Positions 1-14,000 of a stretch of 38,543 nucleotides of DNA are shown piece after piece (the stretch's first letter is position 1; every line of letters begins with the position of its first letter). The notes below the pieces were generated by a model. The model was not told where the DNA came from. It saw only the letters and a list, made by a program, of their open reading frames with translations, and ran no database searches. The stretch is from the NCBI GenBank assembly GCA_032718475.1, contig JAUCBJ010001014.1, positions 1-38,543 on the forward strand, given 5' to 3'. The position numbers and the translations under genes were made by a program. Source of the stretch: Nemertoderma westbladi (Eukaryota > Animalia > Xenacoelomorpha).

Positions 1-1000
1 AAGGAATGTCCGTTTGGTAAGGAATGTCAGTTTGGTAAGGAATGTCCGTTTGGTAAGGAATGTCCGTTTGGTAAGGAATGTCCGTTTGGTAAGGAATGTC
101 CGTTTGGTAAGGAATGTCCGTTTGGTAAGGAATGTCCGTTTGGTAAGTTAATGTCCGTTTGGTAAGGAATGTCCGTTTGGTAAGGAATGTCCGTTTGGTA
201 AGTTAATGTCCGTTTGGTAAGTTAATGTCCGTTTGGTAAGTTAATGTCCGTTTGGTAAGGAATGTCCGTTTGGTAAGGAATTTCCGTTTGGTAAGGAATG
301 TCCGTTTGGTAAGGAATGTCCGTTTGGTAAGGAATGTCCGTTTGGTAAGGAATGTCCATTTGGTAAGGAATGTCCGTTTGGTAAGGAATGTCCGTTTGGT
401 GAGGAATGTCCGTTTGGTGAGGAATGTCCGTTTGGTAAGGAATGTCCGTTTGGTAAGGAATGTCCGTTTGGTAATGAATGTCCGTTTGGTAAGGATTGTC
501 CGTTTGGTAAGGAATGTCCGTTTGGTAAGGAATGTCCGTTTGGTAAGGAATGTCCGTTTGGTAATGAATGTCCGTTTGGTAAGGAATGTCCGTTTGGTAA
601 GGAATGTCCGTTTGGTAAGGAATGTCCGTTTGGTAAGGAATGTCCGTTTGGTAAGGAATGTCCGTTTGGTAAGTAATGTCCGTTTGGTAAGGAATGTCCG
701 TTTGGTAAGGAATGTCCGTTTGGTAAGGAATGTCCGTTTGGTAAGGAATGTCCGTTTGGTAAGGAATGTCCGTTTGGTAAGGAATGTCCGTTTGGTAAGG
801 AATGTCCGTTTGGTAAGGAATGTCCGTTTGGTAAGGAATGTCCGTTTGGTAAGGAATGTCCGTTTGGTAAGGAATGTCAGTTTGGTAAGGAATCTCCGTT
901 TGGTAAGGAATGTCCGTTTGGTAAGGAATGTCCGTTTGGTAAGGAATGTCCTTTTAGTAAGGAATGTCCGTTTGGTAAGGAATGTCCGTTTGTTAAAGGA
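1..1000 (+). repeat. 18-bp minisatellite (GGAATGTCCGTTTGGTAA)n, about 55 copies, truncated by the window start; intronic
   Basis: Directly visible near-perfect tandem array. Four 19-bp variants have GTAAGTTAA (GT at 143, 198, 217, 236). Almost every unit contains TTG|GTAAG. Confidence 0.97.
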
Positions 1001-1214
1001 GTGTAGGTGTATATGGAGCCAATACCAACGCGCGGTCGAACTGCTAACGTCTGACATTATGCTCACACTGTGTATGCACGAGTCCATCTCAAGATAATTA
1101 GTTAATTATATTATTTAATATTTTGGACAAATTAAAATATTTAAGTGACGCCAAATTTAATAATGAATTTAAATACTAAATAGATTTTCTATTATTTTTT
1201 TTCATTAATTTAAG

Positions 1215-2065
1215 GCTTGGCACGATTTGTTGGAAACTGTAAGTCACGAACGGCCGCAGAGTCTGACGTTGTCCCGGGAGTGGGACGTCGGATCGGAGCA
1301 GTTCGAATGGGAGTTGGACCCGAGTGAGGGTCCCAGTCGCACGCGGCTGCGTCTACGACCCTCCAACGACCCCCCGTTGGCCTCCGCGTTCTATCTCCCG
1401 AACAAACGAACCCGACTCTCGAGCTCGGGGGTTTCCGACTCACATATCGACTATCTCTTCCGCGACTCGCCTCTCTCCCCGGACGCCTCCAACCTCCGGA
1501 ATAAACTCGTCACCCAGGAGGCCGCCGCTATCACCTACTCCGCCTACTGCACGCTGGTCACGCCATTCGCCGAATGCCGGCGAGAGTTCCTAATCGGCTC
1601 CAACGGGTTGTACTTCTTCCCGGAACACGACGAAGAAGTTATCAGATGCGAGTTCTCTTCGGTTCGCGAGATCCACAACCGGAGATACCTCCTCCGGGAC
1701 GTCGCCATGGAGATATTCCTAACGGACGGGCAGTCTCTACTTCTAGCCTTCGAATCTACAGATCAACGCGCCCAGGTCTACAAGCGAATCCTCGCCAACG
1801 AGCCGCCTTGTTTACTTAGCAACGACCAGAAGCTCTCCTTAGCAACAGCAGCCTGGCAACGAGGCGAGATAACAAACTTCGAGTATCTGACTCACGTAAA
1901 TAAATGCGCCGGACGAACGTTCAATGACCTCATGCAATATCCAGTGTTCCCATTCGTATTGGCCGATTACCATAGCAGCAGTTTGGATCTCAATAACACC
2001 AAAATTTACCGGAAACTCCACAAACCGATGCCAATTCAACACGAGAATAAAGAAGCTTACTTCCG
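1215..2065 (+). CDS. LYST: LYST-like exon A: pre-PH region, PH domain and start of BEACH
   Basis: Acceptor tttaAG at 1213-1214; reads [13 protein letters not shown]...[18 protein letters not shown]; donor GTTAGT at 2066 (phase 2). Overlaps ORF 1227..2090. Confidence 0.88.
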
Positions 2066-5000
2066 GTTAGTCAGTCCTACTTCCGGTTAGTGAAAACCCT
2101 ACTTCAGGGTAATAATAAGCTTACTTCCGTTTAGCTGAAGCTTACTTCCCCGGCTAGCCAGAAGCCTACTACCTGTTAGTTAGCAATAAGCTTGCCCCAG
2201 GACCTACTAGGATCGGCATGCTGCATTGCAGCTGCATTTTTAAGAATGCTGTGCCAGGCCCAGGTTAGCCAACAACGTACTTTCGGTTACTCAAGCTTAC
2301 TTCTGATTCCTCAGAAGCGCACTCTTACAATTCCCATTAAATTTCCTAATTTATAACTTTTAGGGAGAAATACCACGAAGTGGAAACATCTGACTGCGAC
2401 CCCATGGCCGAATTCGGGCCGTACCATTTCGGTTCGCTTTACAGTAACAGCGGGATTGTCTTACATTTCCTAATCCGGATGCTTCCATACACAAAGATGT
2501 TCCTTCGGTAAGTAACTTGCTACTTTCAACTAAAATATAGAACACATCGGAGCCTTTGGAGATGATGGTACATTAACAGTCACCTTTTCTAAATGCGTCC
2601 GGAGTTGGTTCGTTCGAAGGTTACGAGGTCTCATAGTCTTCCACACGACCAGTTCGGTTGGAATTCACAATTTACAAACTGCGGCACTCCTTAAAGCACC
2701 TTGTCCTGCTGTCCCTGACGAATTTGCCTCTAACTTTGTTTATTATTTATCATGTCCTTGTTGTAAGGAGTGACATGTTTGACACACCATCTAATATTTA
2801 TGTGGACGAGTTTTATACTGCCCCTGGATGGGACTACCAAAGATGGCAGCGAGCAAAGCGAGACTGTGCAGAAACACATCATACATGATACATCTAGGCG
2901 ATCCAATATACGTTGGCTTAGCAATTGGCAATCTTTAATGCCTGTTGTGAAAAAGATTGAAATGTATTATACGGTATAATATTCGCACATATCCCTATTC
3001 ATACTCCGGTATTTTTCTCCCCCGGGGGACTTTGAACTCATCTCCATTGACGTGCTTTGCACTTAGAGTCTTGATAGATTAGGGTGAAACCTTCCGATCA
3101 GCTGATCACTGTCACTTCTGGTCCCCTATTCTTATAACTGTCGGTTTATAAATTTACCTACCAGCTAGACCGTAAGAATACCGTAAGCGTACCTGTAAGA
3201 TAATTAATTAGTTACTTAATTATAATTATTGTTATCGTACATTTATATTGTTACGTCCTAATAAATTAATGTTGCTTAATTTCCTGTTTGCTTTAGTTAC
3301 CAGGACGACAACTTCGACCTTCCAGACAGAACGTTCCACAGTTTGGCGACGACATGGAGTCTTTCCTCTCGGGAGTCCAACACCGATGTAAAGGAACTCA
3401 TTCCGGAGTTCTTTATGATGCCGGAGTTCCTGGAGAACCAAAACGGTTTGTACATTCTATTTTACATTATCTTTACCGTAAAGCTGATCGAGTAACAAAT
3501 TATATACACATTTATTTATCTGATATTATTGGCTGCAGCTTATCAAATATTTTCCGTATAAATGGTGCTTTTGCTTTCTTTCGTTCTAGAATTTGATTTC
3601 GGTGTTCGTCAGAACGGTAAGACTATTGGGGACGTGGAACTCCCCCCATGGTGCCATGGCGACGCGAGGTTGTTTATACTGGTACACCGTCAGATCTTGG
3701 AGTCGAGTCATGTGTCGGGTCATCTTCATCACTGGATGGATCTCATATTCGGTTACAAACAGAAAGGTCGCGCAGCTGTTGATGCTATTAATTGCTTTAG
3801 ACCAATGGTATGTTTATGTAAAGCTTAGCATTGGTTTAGTATTGTAGTAACAGTAAGTATGAAAACTCTGAAACTTTTATCGCGGTTTTGGCTGGGTTTT
3901 GACTGATCGCGGTTTTGACTGGGTTATGGTTTAGCGCTAGATGGCGCTGAGATAGCTAGTTAGTCTATTTCTGTATATATTTATACAGTTTCACATATAG
4001 ACCCTCGCGCTGCCCGAATGCCCCACAACGTGTTACTTTGCGTAGATTGTATACAAACGATATTCGGATTAGGCTACACCTAACCGGTAGGGTGTTCTCT
4101 TATGGAATCAGATTTAATAACTATAATCTTTTTTGTTGTCGCAGTTGTATTACGGGTTGGATCTGGAAGCGATTAAAGATCCCAATGATCGTAAGGCTGT
4201 AGAAAGTATGATCAAATCGTACGGCCAAACACCTAAACAGTTGTTCGTTAACCAACATCCTAAGAGACAGGTGAGTGAGTGAGTGCGGTCAAACACATAA
4301 ACAGTTGTTCGTTAACCAACATCCTTAGAGACAGGTGAGTGAATGAGTACGGTCAAACACATAAACAGTTGTTCGTTAACCAACATCCCAAGAGACAGGT
4401 GAGTGAGTGAGTGCGGTCAAACACATAAACAGTTGTTCGTTAACCAACATCCTTAGAGACAGGTGAGTGAGTGAGTATACGGTCAAACACATAAACATTT
4501 GTTCGTTAACCAACATCCTTAGATACATCGGTGAGTGAGTGAGTACGGTCAAACACATAAACTGTTGTTCGTTAACCAACATCCTTAGAGACAGGTGAGT
4601 GAGTGAGTATACGGCCAAACACCTAAACAGTTGTTCGTTAACCAACATCCTAAGAGACAGGTGAGTGAGTGAGTATACGGTCAAACACATAAACAGTTGT
4701 TCGTTAACCAACATCCTTAGAGACATCGGTGAGTGAGTGAGTACGGTCAAACACATAAACAGTTGTTCGTTAACCAACATCCTTAGATACAGGTGAGTGA
4801 GTGAGTATACGGCCAAACACCTAAACAGTTGTTCGTTAACCAACATCCTAAGAGACAGGTGAGTGAGTGAGTATACGGTCAAACACATAAACAGTTGTTC
4901 GGTAACCAACATCCTTAGAGACAGGTGAGTGAGTGAGTACGGTCAAACACATAAACAGTTGTTCGTTAACCAACATCCCAAGAGACAGGTGAGTGAGTGA

Positions 5001-8000
5001 GTACGGTCAAACTCATAAACAGTTGTTCGGTAACCAACATCCTTAGAGACAGGTGAGTGAGTGAGTACGGTCAAACACATAAACAGTTGTTCGTTAACCA
5101 ACATCCCAAGAGACAGGTGAGTGAGTGAGTGCGGTCAAACACATAAACAGTTGTTCGTTAACCAACATCCTAAGAGACAGGTGAGTGAGTGAGTACGGTC
5201 AAACACATAAACAGTTGTTCGGTAACCAACATCCTTAGAGACAGGTGAGTGAGTGAGTACGGTCAAACACATAAACAGTTGTTCGTTAACCAACATCCCA
5301 AGAGACAGGTGAGTGAGTGAGTGCGGTCAAACACATAAACAGTTGTTCGTTAACCAACATCCTTAGAGACAGGTGAGTGAGTGAGTACGGTCAAACACAT
5401 AAACTGTTGTTCGTTAACCAACATCCTTAGAGACAGGTGAGTGAGTGAGTATACGGCCAAACACCTAAACAGTTGTTCGTTAACCAACATCCTAAGAGAC
5501 AGGTGAGTGAGTGAGTACGGTCAAACACATAAACAGTTGTTCGGTAACCAACATCCTTAGAGACAGGTGAGTGAGTGAGTACGGTCAAACACATAAACAG
5601 TTATTCGTTAACCAACATCCCAAGAGTCAGGTGAGTGAGTGAGTACGGTCAAACTCATAAACAGTTGTTCGGTAACCAACATCCTTAGAGACAGGTGAGT
5701 GAGTGAGTACGGTCAAACACATAAACAGTTGTTCGTTAACCAACATCCCAAGAGACAGGTGAGTGAGTGAGTATACGGTCAAACACATAAACTGTTGTTC
5801 GTTAACCAACATCCTTAGAGACAGGTGAGTGAGTGAGTATACGGCCAAACACCTAAACAGTTGTTCGTTAACCAACATCCTAAGAGACAGGTGAGTGAGT
5901 GAGTACGGTCAAACACATAAACAGTTGTTCGGTAACCAACATCCTTAGAGACAGGTGAGTGAGTGAGTATACGGCCAAACACCTAAACAGTTGTTCGTTA
6001 ACCAACATCCTAAGAGACAGGTGAGTGAGTGAGTACGGTCAAACACATAAACAGTTGTTCGGTAACCAACATCCTTAGAGACAGGTGAGTGAGTGAGTAT
6101 ACGGCCAAACACCTAAACAGTTGTTCGTTAACCAACATCCTAAGAGACAGGTGAGTGAGTGAGTACGGTCAAACACATAAACTGTTGTTCGTTAACCAAC
6201 ATCCTTAGAGACAGGTGAGTGAGTGAGTATACGGCCAAACACCTAAACAGTTGTTCGTTAACCAACATCCTAAGAGACAGGTGAGTGAGTGAGTACGGTC
6301 AAACACATAAACAGTTGTTCGGTAACCAACATCCTTAGAGACAGGTGAGTGAGTGAGTACGGTCAAACACATAAACAGTTGTTCGTTAACCAACATCCCA
6401 AGAGACAGGTGAGTGAGTGAGTACGGTCAAACTCATAAACAGTTGTTCGGTAACCAACATCCTTAGAGACAGGTGAGTGAGTGAGTACGGTCAAACACAT
6501 AAACAGTTGTTCGTTAACCAACATCCCAAGAGACAGGTGAGTGAGTGAGTGCGGTCAAACACATAAACAGTTGTTCGTTAACCAACATCCTAAGAGACAG
6601 GTGAGTGAGTGAGTACGGTCAAACACATAAACAGTTGTTCGGTAACCAACATCCTTAGAGACAGGTGAGTGAGTGAGTACGGTCAAACACATAAACAGTT
6701 GTTCGTTAACCAACATCCCAAGAGACAGGTGAGTGAGTGAGTGCGGTCAAACACATAAACAGTTGTTCGTTAACCAACATCCTTAGAGACAGGTGAGTGA
6801 GTGAGTACGGTCAAACACATAAACTGTTGTTCGTTAACCAACATCCTTAGAGACAGGTGAGTGAGTGAGTATACGGCCAAACACCTAAACAGTTGTTCGT
6901 TAACCAACATCCTAAGAGACAGGTGAGTGAGTGAGTACGGTCAAACACATAAACAGTTGTTCGGTAACCAACATCCTTAGAGACAGGTGAGTGAGTGAGT
7001 ACGGTCAAACACATAAACAGTTATTCGTTAACCAACATCCCAAGAGTCAGGTGAGTGAGTGAGTACGGTCAAACTCATAAACAGTTGTTCGGTAACCAAC
7101 ATCCTTAGAGACAGGTGAGTGAGTGAGTACGGTCAAACACATAAACAGTTGTTCGTTAACCAACATCCCAAGAGACAGGTGAGTGAGTGAGTATACGGTC
7201 AAACACATAAACAGTTGTTCGTTAACCAACATCCCAAGAGACAGGTGAGTGAGTGAGTACGGTCAAACTCATAAACAGTTGTTCGGTAACCAACATCCTT
7301 AGAGACAGGTGAGTGAGTGAGTACGGTCAAACACATAAACAGTTGTTCGTTAACCAACATCCCAAGAGACAGGTGAGTGAGTGAGTACGGTCAAACTCAT
7401 AAACAGTTGTTCGGTAACCAACATCCTTAGAGACAGGTGAGTGAGTGAGTACGGTCAAACACATAAACAGTTGTTCGTTAACCAACATCCCAAGAGACAG
7501 GTGAGTGAGTGAGTACGGTCAAACACATAAACAGTTGTTCGTTAACCAACATCCTTAGAGACATCGGTGAGTGAGTGAGTACGGTCAAACACATAAACAG
7601 TTATTCGTTAACCAACATCCTAAGAGACAGGTGAGTGAGTGAGTACGGTCAAACACATAAACAGTTGTTCGTTAACCAACATCCCAAGAGACAGGTGAGT
7701 GAGTGAGTACGGTCAAACTCATAAACAGTTGTTCGGTAACCAACATCCTTAGAGACAGGTGAGTGAGTGAGTACGGTCAAACACATAAACAGTTGTTCGT
7801 TAACCAACATCCCAAGAGACAGGTGAGTGAGTGAGTACGGTCAAACTCATAAACAGTTGTTCGGTAACCAACATCCTTAGAGACATCGGTGAGTGAGTGA
7901 GTACGGTCAAACTCATAAACAGTTGTTCGGTAACCAACATCCCAAGAGACAGGTGAGTGAGTGAGTACGGTCAAACTCATAAACAGTTGTTCGGTAACCA

Positions 8001-11000
8001 ACATCCTTAGAGACAGGTGAGTGAGTGAGTACGGTCAAACACATAAACAGTTGTTCGTTAACCAACATCCTTAGAGACATCGGTGAGTGAGTGAGTACGG
8101 TCAAACTCATAAACAGTTGTTCGGTAACCAACATCCCAAGAGACAGGTGAGTGAGTGAGTACGGTCAAACTCATAAACAGTTGTTCGGTAACCAACATCC
8201 TTAGAGACAGGTGAGTGAGTGAGTACGGTCAAACACATAAACAGTTGTTCGTTAACCAACATCCTAAGAGACAGGTGAGTGAGTGAGTACGGTCAAACAC
8301 ATTAACCAAACAGTTGTTCGGTAACCAACATCCTTAGAGACAGGTGAGTGAGTGAGTACGGTCAAACACATAAACAGTTGTTCGTTAACCAACATCCTTA
8401 GAGACATCGGTGAGTGAGTGAGTACGGTCAAACTCATTAACCAAACAGTTGTTCGGTAACCAACATCCTTAGAGACAGGTGAGTGAGTGAGTACGGTCAA
8501 ACACATAAACAGTTGTTCGGTAACCAACATCCTTAGAGACATCGGTGAGTGAGTGAGTACGGTCAAACACATAAACAGTTGTTCGGTAACCAACATCCTT
8601 AGAGACATCGGTGAGTGAGTGAGTACGGTCAAACACATAAACAGTTGTTCGTTAACCAACATCCTTATAGAGACATCGGTGAGTGAGTGAGTACGGTCAA
8701 ACACATAAACAGTTGTTCGTTAACCAACATCCTTAGAGACAGGTGAGTGAGTGAGTACGGTCAAACACATAAACAGTTGTTCGTTAACCAACATCCCAAG
8801 AGACAGGTGAGTGAGTGAGTACGGTCAAACTCATAAACAGTTGTTCGGTAACCAACATCCTTAGAGACAAGTGAGTGAGTGAGTACGGTCAAACACATAA
8901 ACAGTTGTTCGTTAACCAACATCCCAAGAGACAGGTGAGTGAGTGAGTACGGTCAAACACATAAACAGTTGTTCGTTAACCAACATCCTTAGAGACATCG
9001 GTGAGTGAGTGAGTACGGTCAAACTCATAAACAGTTGTTCGGTAACCAACATCCTTAGAGACAGGTGAGTGAGTGAGTACGGTCAAACACATAAACAGTT
9101 GTTCGTTAACCAACATCCCAAGAGACAGGTGAGTGAGTGAGTACGGTCAAACACATAAACAGTTGTTCGGTAACCAACATCCTTAGAGACATCGGTGAGT
9201 GAGTGAGTACGGTCAAACACATAAACGGTTGTTCGTTAACCGACATCCCAAGAGACAGGTGAGTGAGTGAGTACGGTCAAACACCTAAACAGTTGTTCGT
9301 TAACCGACATCCTTAGAGACATCGGTGAGTGAGTGAGTACGGTCAAACACATAAACAGTTGTTCGTTAACCAACATCCTTATAGAGACATCGGTGAGTGA
9401 GTGAGTACGGTCAAACACATAAACAGTTGTTCGTTAACCAACATCCTTAGAGACAGGTGAGTGAGTGAGTACGGTCAAACTCATAAACAGTTGTTCGTTA
9501 ACCAACATCCTAAGAGACAGGTGAGTGAGTGAGTACGGTCAAACACATAAACAGTTATTCGTTAACCAACATCCTTAGAGACAGGTGAGTGAGTGAGTAC
9601 GGTCAAACACATAAACAGTTATTCGTTAACCAACATCCCAAGAGACAGGTGAGTGAGTGAGTACGGTCAAACACATAAACAGTTGTTCGGTAACCAACAT
9701 CCTTACAGACATCGGTGAGTGAGTGAGTACGGTCAAACACATAAACAGTTGTTCGGTAACCAACATCCTTAGAGACATCGGTGAGTGAGTGAGTACGGTC
9801 AAACACATAAACAGTTGTTCGTTAACCAACATCCTTAGAGACAGGTGAGTGAGTGAGTACGGTCAAACTCATAAACAGTTGTTCGTTAACCAACATCCTA
9901 AGAGACAGGTGAGTGAGTGAGTACGGTCAAACACATAAACAGTTATTCGTTAACCAACATCCTTAGAGACAGGTGAGTGAGTGAGTACGGTCAAACACAT
10001 AAACAGTTATTCGTTAACCAACATCCCAAGAGACAGGTGAGTGAGTGAGTACGGTCAAACACATAAACAGTTGTTCGTTAACCAACATCCTTAGAGACAG
10101 GTGAGTGAGTGAGTACGGTCAAACACATAAACAGTTATTCGTTAACCAACATCCTTAGAGACAGGTGAGTGAGTGAGTACGGTCAAACACATAAACAGTT
10201 ATTCGTTAACCAACATCCCAAGAGACAGGTGAGTGAGTGAGTACGGTCAAACACATAAACAGTTGTTCGGTAACCAACATCCTAAGAGACAGGTGAGTGA
10301 GTGAGTACGGTCAAACACATAAACAGTTATTCGTTAACCAACATCCTTAGAGACAGGTGAGTGAGTGAGTACGGTCAAACACATAAACAGTTATTCGTTA
10401 ACCAACATCCCAAGAGACAGGTGAGTGAGTGAGTACGGTCAAACACATAAACAGTTGTTCGGTAACCAACATCCTTAGAGACATCGGTGAGTGAGTGAGT
10501 ACGGTCAAACACATAAACAGTTGTTCGGTAACCAACATCCTTATAGAGACATCGGGAGTGAGTGAGTACGGCCAAACACATAACAGTTGTTCGTTAACCA
10601 ACATCCTTAGAGACATCGGTGAGTGAGTGAGTACGGTCAAACACATAAACAGTTGTTCGTTAACCAACATCCTTAGAGACATCGGTGAGTGAGTGAGTAC
10701 GGCCAAACACATAAACAGTTGTACGTTAACCAACATCCTTATAGAGACATCGGGAGTGAGTGAGTACGGTCAAACACATAAACAGTTGTTCGTTAACCAA
10801 CATCCTTATAGAGACATCGGGAGTGAGTGAGTACGGTCAAACACATAAACAGTTGTACGTTAACCAACATCCTTATATAGAGACATCGGTGAGTGAGTGA
10901 GTACGGTCAAACACATAAACAGTTGTTCGTTAACCAACATCCTTATAGAGACATCGGTGAGTGAGTGAGTATACGGTCAAACACATAAACAGTTGTTCGT

Positions 11001-14000
11001 TAACCAACATCCTTAGAGACATCGGTGAGTGAGTGAGTACGGTCAAACACATAAACAGTTGTTCGTTAACCAACATCCTTAGAGACATCGGTGAGTGAGT
11101 GAGTACGGTCAAACACATAAACAGTTGTTCGTTAACCAACACCCTTAGAGACAGGTGAGTGAGTGAGTACGGTCAAACACATAAACAGTTGTTCGTTAAC
11201 CAACACCCTTAGAGACATCGGGAGTGAGTGAGTACGGTCAAACACATAAACAGTTGTTCGTTAACCAACATCCTTAGAGACATCGGTGAGTGAGTGAGTA
11301 CGGTCAAACACATAAACAGTTGTTCGTTAACCAACATCCTTAGAGACATTGGTGAGTGAGTGAGTATACGGTCAAACACATAAACAGTTGTTCGTTAACC
11401 AACATCCTTAGAGACATCGGTGAGTGAGTGAGTATACGGTCAAACACATAAACAGTTGTTCGTTAGCCAACATCCTTAGAGACATCGGTGAGTGAGTGAG
11501 TACGGTCAAACACACAAACAGTTGTTCGTTAACCAACATCCTTAGAGACATCGGTGAGTGAGTGAGTACGGTCAAACTCATAAACAGTTGTTCGTTAACC
11601 AACATCCTTAGAGACATTGGTGAGTGAGTGAGTATACGGTCAAACACATAAACAGTTGTTCGTTAACCAACATCCTTAGAGACATTGGTGAGTGAGTGAG
11701 TATACGGTCAAACACCTAAACAGTTGTTCGTTAACCAACATCCTTAGAGACATCGGTGAGTGAGTGAGTACGGTCAAACTCATAAACAGTTGTTCGTTAA
11801 CCAACATCCTTAGAGACATCGGTGAGTGAGTGAGTACGGTCAAACACATAAACAGTTGTTCGTTAACCAACATCCTTAGAGACATCGGTGAGTGAGTGAG
11901 TATACGGTCAAACACATAAACAGTTGTTCGTTAACCAACATCCTTAGAGACATCGGTGAGTGAGTGAGTATACGGTCAAACACATAAACAGTTGTTCGTT
12001 AACCAACATCCTTATAGAGACATCGGGAGTGAGTGAGTACGGTCAAACACATAAACAGTTGTTCGTTAACCAACATCCTTATAGAGACATCGGGAGTGAG
12101 TGAGTACGGTCAAACACATAAACAGGTGTTCGTTAACCAACACCCTTAGAGACAGGTGAGTGAGTGACTATACGGTCAAACACATAAACAGTTGTACGTT
12201 AACCAACATCCTTATAGAGACATCGGGAGTGAGTGAGTACGGCCAAACACATAAACAGTTGTTCGTTAACCAACACCCTTAGAGACAGGTGAGTGAGTGA
12301 GTATACGGTCAAACACATAAACAGTTGTTCGTTAACCAACATCCTTATAGAGACATCGGTGAGTGAGTGAGTACGGTCAAACACATAAACAGTTGTTCGT
12401 TAACCAACATCCTTAGAGACATCGGTGAGTGAGTGAGTATACGGTCAAACACATAAACAGTTGTTCGTTAACCAACATCCTTAGAGACATCGGTGAGTGA
12501 GTGAGTATACGGTCAAACACATAAACAGTTGTACGTTAACCAACATCCTTATAGAGACATCGGGAGTGAGTGAGTACGGTCAAACACATAAACAGTTGTT
12601 CGTTAACCAACATCCTTATAGAGACATCGGTGAGTGAGTGAGTACGGTCAAACACATAAACAGTTGTACGTTAACCAACATCCTTATAGAGACATCGGAA
12701 GTGAGTGAGTACGGTCAAACACATAAACAGTTGTTCGTTAACCAACATCCTTAGAGACAGGTGAGTGAGTGAGTATACGGTCAAACACATAAACAGTTGT
12801 ACGTTAACCAACATCCTTATAGAGACATCGGTGAGTGAGTGAGTATACGGTCAAACACATAAACAGTTGTACGTTAACCAACATCCTTAGAGATAGGTGA
12901 GTGAGAGAGTACGGTCAAACACATAAACAGTTGTACGTTAACCAACATCCTTATAGAGACATCGGGAGTGAGTGAGTACGGTCAAACACATAAACAGTTG
13001 TTCGTTAACCAACATCCTTAGAGACATCGGTGAGTGAGTGAGTATACGGTCAAACACATAACAGTTGTTCGTTAACCAACATCCTTATAGAGACATCGGT
13101 GAGTGAGTGAGTACGGTCAAACACATAAACAGTTGTACGTTAACCAACATCCTTATAGAGACATCGGGAGTGAGTGAGTACGGTCAAACACATAAACAGT
13201 TGTACGTTAACCAACATCCTTATAGAGACATCGGGAGTGAGTGAGTACGGTCAAACACATAAACAGTTGTTCGTTAACCAACATCCTTAGAGACAGGTGA
13301 GTGAGTGAGTACGGTCAAACACATAAACAGTTGTTCGTTAACCAACATCTTTAGAGACATCGGTGAGTGAGTGAGTACGGTCAAACACATAAACAGTTGT
13401 TCGTTAACCAACATCCTTAGATACATCGGTGAGTGAGTGAGTACGGTCAAACACATAACAGTTGTTCGTTAACCAACATCCTTATAGAGACATCGGTGAG
13501 TGAGTGAGTACGGTCAAACACATAAACAGTTGTACGTTAACCAACATCCTTATAGAGACATCGGGAGTGAGTGAGTACGGTCAAACACATAAACAGTTGT
13601 TCGTTAACCAACATCCTTAGAGACAGGTGAGTGAGTGAGTATACGGTCAAACACATAAACAGTTGTTCGTTAACCAACATCCTTAGAGACATCGGTGAGT
13701 GAGTGAGTACGGTCAAACACATAAACAGTTGTTCGTTAACCAACATCCTAAGAGACATCGGTGACTGAGTGAGTATACGGTCAAACACATAAACAGTTGT
13801 ACGTTAACCAACATCTTTATAGAGACATCGGTGAGTGAGTGAGTATACGGTCAAACACATAAACAGTTGTTCGTTAACCAACATCCTTAGAGACATCGGT
13901 GAGTGAGTGAGTATACGGTCAAACACCTAAACAGTTGTTCGTTAACCAACATCCTTAGAGACATCGGTGAGTGAGTGAGTACGGTCAAACACATAAACAG

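Noticed and set aside
1-1000. Telomeric or centromeric repeat
   Set aside because: The unit is not a recognised telomere motif, and the array sits directly upstream of an internal exon acceptor of a gene whose 5' part must lie further upstream.
203-1097. ORFs 203..1087 (-; TKRTFL repeats) and 252..1097 (+; VRNVRL repeats)
   Set aside because: These are by-products of a stop-free 18-bp unit, with no independent gene evidence.
2560-3130. Short ORFs in the B-C intron (2658..2888, 2730..2924, 2770..2979)
   Set aside because: No recognisable domain. Exons B and C join in phase without them.
3170-3202. Three CC(T)GTAAG repeats in the B-C intron
   Set aside because: Too short and far from the donor to count as another junction array.
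3879-3932. Small imperfect repeat ATCGCGGTTTTG(G/A)CTGGGTT in the D-E intron
   Set aside because: Only about two copies and not anchored at a splice junction, so this is an ordinary local duplication.
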